This document shows positions 62,390 to 64,000 of a stretch of DNA of 64,000 nt, piece by piece. A program made the position numbers and the translations under genes. The stretch is taken from NCBI RefSeq assembly GCF_964213995.1, contig NC_135830.1, positions 17,360,001-17,424,000 of the forward strand. Reading direction: 5' to 3'. The DNA is from Mustelus asterias. Lineage: Eukaryota. Below the pieces are notes generated by a model. It did no database searches, was not told the DNA's origin, and saw only the letters and a program-made list of their open reading frames with translations. How positions within the stretch are numbered: position 1 is the first letter of the stretch; every line of letters starts with the position of its first letter.

Positions 62390-63025
62390 TGATGATTCAT
62401 TGCTTTCGTGCAACACATGAATTAAGGAGAGTGGATATTGCTTCCTGGTCGAAAACGGGAGGGATACTTGTGGCAGGTTGAACAGGAAGAAGGAAAAATC
62501 AGCCCCATTCCACAATCCTGTCAATGACCAACAACAATTCATATTTACATTGGGAAGTCTGACAACACCAGGTCTATTTGCAGTCAGGAGCTTTTGGGGC
62601 GCTGATCAAACAAAGCAAATTGATTTTATTATCGGAGCAAATGAACCTGTTGGACTTTAACATGATGCTGTCAGACTTCTTATTGTGCCCACCCCAGTCC
62701 AACGCCGGTATCCCGACATCATATTTACATTGCAATTGCTGGTACCTACTGTCAGAATGAGTGACTTACCTTCTACTGCATTAAATTTCATTGTAGCTCA
62801 CCACATTCAAAGAGTAATGTTTGTTATAAACCTTATTGTGGTAAATCTGTTGAAAAACTTCCGCTTATCACTGCTCTGCTTTCATCACACTGGAAGCTAA
62901 TGTGAAAAAAATGAATAATTTCAAAGCTGAACAACGTGCACAAGACAGGAAGGAGAATGCGACTGTGAATAATTGGCACTGTGCATATTCCTGTATCCAG
63001 TCTATGGGAGAACCAGGAGAATGAA

Positions 63026-63097
63026 ATCCTGGTGGTCCAGTGCTTAGGATTTGGCGCTTTCAGGGTCATATATCGGCTTCGATATGCCAGGATTTAA
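63026..63097 (+). pseudogene. tRNA-Glu(TTC) pseudogene
   Basis: TCCTGGTGGTCCAGTGCTTAGGATTTGGCGCTTTCA matches the Glu-TTC 5' half; the 3' half is degenerate. Confidence 0.55.
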
Positions 63098-63530
63098 AGT
63101 TTTTTACAATCCATTTAACAAACCTGAGTCGTTTCCTGGTCGAAAACAGCTCTGTCAGAAGCAGTGGAGTTAGATCTATATTTGTGTCCGAATTGGAAAT
63201 GTCACATGGGCAACAGTTCAAGAACAAACACAGATAGTGAAGGACAGTGATAGGCTGCAAAGCGCTGCCAATAGAGATGGGGATACAAGTTCAAATCTGC
63301 ATGACAATGGAGTTGATTTTATCGGTTAGATTGACACAAACATCTCCCAGACCTGGATCCAAATCTCAGCCAAATCACAAGAAAACATCTCGCTCACTTA
63401 AACGCTGAGCTCTCCGACTTCACTCAGAAACCAGTAACTCTGAGACAAAGCGTGATGCAGTCTGACCACTGGAACCCCCTCCACCACTTAATAAGACTAT
63501 GCTGGATCCCGAGCATCAGTTCACAGCTGA

Positions 63531-63602
63531 GGGGGTGTAGCTCAGTGGTAGAGCGTTTGACTGCAGATCAAACGGCCCTCGGTTCAAATCCGAGTGCCCC
63601 CT
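63531..63602 (+). tRNA. tRNA-Cys-GCA: tRNA-Cys(GCA)
   Basis: GGGGGTGTAGCTCAGTGGTAGAGCGTTTGACTGCAGATCAAACGGCCCTCGGTTCAAATCCGAGTGCCCCCT. Anticodon stem TTTGA/TCAAA and T stem CTCGG/CCGAG pair fully. Confidence 0.9.
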
Positions 63603-64000
63603 TCCTTATCTTTGTCTTAGTTTCAATTGTGACTCTCTTTCTTTGGCTGCAAAGCGCATTGTGACGTCCACCAACCGGGAAAGGCGTCACAGAAATACAA
63701 TTCTGTCTTTCATAAATTACCTTCAGTCCCAATTTTTGGTTACTGACAATCGTCAATAGAAACAGTTTGTCCCTTTCTGCTCTATCAAACGGCCCTTTCC
63801 CATGTTGGGAGAAGCGGGAAACCCCTAAATCGCTGCAACACTGTGGGGGGTAAAGTAGTCAAAGGGGTTTGCATAGTATTGTAAACGATGTGGTCATGTT
63901 GTAGTTCTCGACTATGTTTTTAAAAAAGAGAATTGGGGTTGGATATATAACAGCACTCGTTGACACCCTAATATAGTGTGTCTTCGTCTTAATTGCGGAA

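Overview
Eukaryotic genomic DNA that looks like a cartilaginous fish (shark): it has shark-type IgM/TCR segments, HE1-type V-SINEs, DeuSINE/SacSINE-like elements and dense CR1 LINEs. It is a repeat-rich antigen-receptor neighbourhood. (1) A germline-joined IgM heavy-chain gene (+): leader 34835-34880, fused VDJ exon 35107-35466 with a TAG at mature codon 6, then only Cmu3 (43603-43911) and Cmu4 plus secretory tail (44374-44765). No Cmu1, Cmu2 or TM exon was recognised. (2) A TCR alpha/delta-type V pseudogene (-, about 22.0-22.5 kb) surrounded by possible decayed J-like relics and CTCF-like motifs. (3) Two intact two-exon GPR139/GPR142-like class A GPCR genes (-, 27284-30232 and 49107-51910) and the first exon of a third (10200-10404). 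(4) A tRNA cluster at 56.7-63.6 kb: Lys-CTT, Cys-GCA, a Thr-TGT variant and Leu/Pro/Glu relics. (5) Mobile DNA: many CR1 LINEs, a decayed endogenous retrovirus with a tRNA-Phe PBS and a second paralogous gag fragment, Penelope elements with minimal hammerhead-ribozyme motifs, a Rex1/Babar fragment, SINEs, and a 1.1-kb G/A-rich tract. Most short ORFs in the supplied track are spurious or TE-derived. All family assignments come from motif recognition by eye; no searches were run.
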